Positions 55,812-56,851 of a stretch of 56,851 nt of DNA are shown here, piece after piece. Below the pieces are notes generated by a model, which did not search any database, was not told where the DNA came from, and saw nothing but the letters and a program-made list of their open reading frames with translations. The number at the start of each line of letters is the position of its first letter. The first letter of the stretch is position 1. The position numbers and the translations under genes are program-made. The DNA comes from Bacillota bacterium (GTDB lineage Bacteria > Bacillota > Clostridia > Tissierellales > Peptoniphilaceae), in NCBI GenBank assembly GCA_023393815.1, contig JAEXBU010000016.1, positions 1 to 56,851 of the forward strand. Direction: 5' to 3'.

Positions 55812-56724
55812 GGGTTACTCCTTCTTCGTAGAGAGCTTGAATGACTCGAAGCTTTTCCAGTACCGCGTGTACGTGGTAGTTTACGATGACATCGGGAACC
55901 GCTTCGTCCGTTCCTTCAAATAATTCCGTGTAGTGAAATAATTCCTGAATGATTAATTTATTCTCCATCGTAAAGCGCGCAGAAGTAATATCCAACTGTA
56001 ACAGCACGCGCAGGGAAATGAAGCTTTCACTGAATAGATTTAAAAGCCGTTCCACACCGCTAATATCCACGTCGCGAGAAAAGGGCTCGGAAATTTCTTT
56101 TTTTATAAACTCAAAAGAGTCTTGGGTTTGAATCAATTCCTTTTGCAGTGCGTCCAACTTCGGTTTTTCATCGGCGAGAATAATGGCCTCGGACAGGCGA
56201 AAAATATCTTCGTACGTCTTTTCCAAAAGCATCTCGAAGTTGTGCTTCGGCGTGGGCCGGGCGATGAGATAGTTGATCGCCAAGGAAACAAAAATCCCCA
56301 AAAACGTCCCGGTAAGGCGGTTTAAACCATAAATCAGCTGGGATTGATAGGAAGAAAAACTCGCCACGAAAATAATGTTGGTAAGATTAATGAAACGGGT
56401 CATATTAAACTTCAGCAAGGTGATGATAATAATAATGATGCCGATGCCCGCAATAAAGGGTCGAATATAAATATTGTCCGTAATAAGGGCCAAGACATAA
56501 CCTAAGACCACGCCCATGACGCAGGTAAACATTCGGAGCCGTACGGCCTTGTGTGTTTCGTAGACGGAGGGCTGCATGGTGGTCATGGCGGCAATCACTA
56601 CGAACAGGGGCGTGTGGATCCCCAACACATTGGACAGCAACAGACCGACTACCACGGCCAACGCCGTCTTAAAGGTGCGCATCCCCACGTGGGGCAAAAA
56701 ATTTTTTATTGGCGCTAAACTCAA
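55804..56724 (-). CDS. FUSC/aromatic-acid-exporter family (YgaE-like) membrane protein
   Basis: GMRTFKTALAV, MQPSVYET, LNRLTGTFLGIFVSLAINYLI; TTG start after AAAGGAG. Confidence 0.85.
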   Translation of the reverse strand: MSLAPIKNFLPHVGMRTFKTALAVVVGLLLSNVLGIHTPLFVVIAAMTTMQPSVYETHKAVRLRMFTCVMGVVLGYVLALITDNIYIRPFIAGIGIIIIIITLLKFNMTRFINLTNIIFVASFSSYQSQLIYGLNRLTGTFLGIFVSLAINYLIARPTPKHNFEMLLEKTYEDIFRLSEAIILADEKPKLDALQKELIQTQDSFEFIKKEISEPFSRDVDISGVERLLNLFSESFISLRVLLQLDITSARFTMENKLIIQELFHYTELFEGTDEAVPDVIVNYHVHAVLEKLRVIQALYEEGVTHV

Positions 56725-56851
56725 ACTCTCTTCTCCTTTTCGCTCTTCTAGCAAAAGTATAACAAACTGGAAAAAATCTGCAAGGCCGCTTGCCGTTTCA
56801 ACTGCAACAATCGGGGTATTATATTAAAAAGTAGTGAGAGGAGACATGACT

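Noticed and set aside
1..56851. CRISPR array, prophage, defence island or rRNA
   Set aside because: No regularly spaced direct repeats, phage or defence genes, or rRNA-like sequence seen; intergenic gaps are short and mostly explained by promoters and terminators

Overview
Ordinary chromosomal region of an anaerobic Gram-positive bacterium. Protein style suggests Peptoniphilaceae/Tissierellia; this is an inference, not a database result. The window holds a fragmented RNA polymerase beta-operon neighbourhood: rpmG-secE-nusG-rplK-rplA, then rplJ-rplL, then the 5' end of rpoB, separated by unrelated genes. It also contains an FMN riboswitch with ribU, an L10 leader, two L1-binding sites, tRNA-Pro(GGG), a stand-alone purC and a purF-purM-purN-purH operon ending in a 1647-aa PurD-PurL fusion. 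Other content: a 692-bp internally deleted IS3-family element inserted in a terminator, an AT-richer patch (MATE, TetR, tandem double SDR, BaiCD-like flavoenzyme), a desulfurase-DUF3343-activase-double-cubane reductase operon preceded by a MoxR AAA+/vWA pair, and cell-envelope genes. No CRISPR array, prophage or integrase was seen. The best leads are a structured 36-codon leader whose stop codon sits on a terminator ahead of the pur operon, the PurD-PurL fusion, the flavoenzyme plus double-SDR module, and the double-cubane reductase operon with a possible maturation chaperone.
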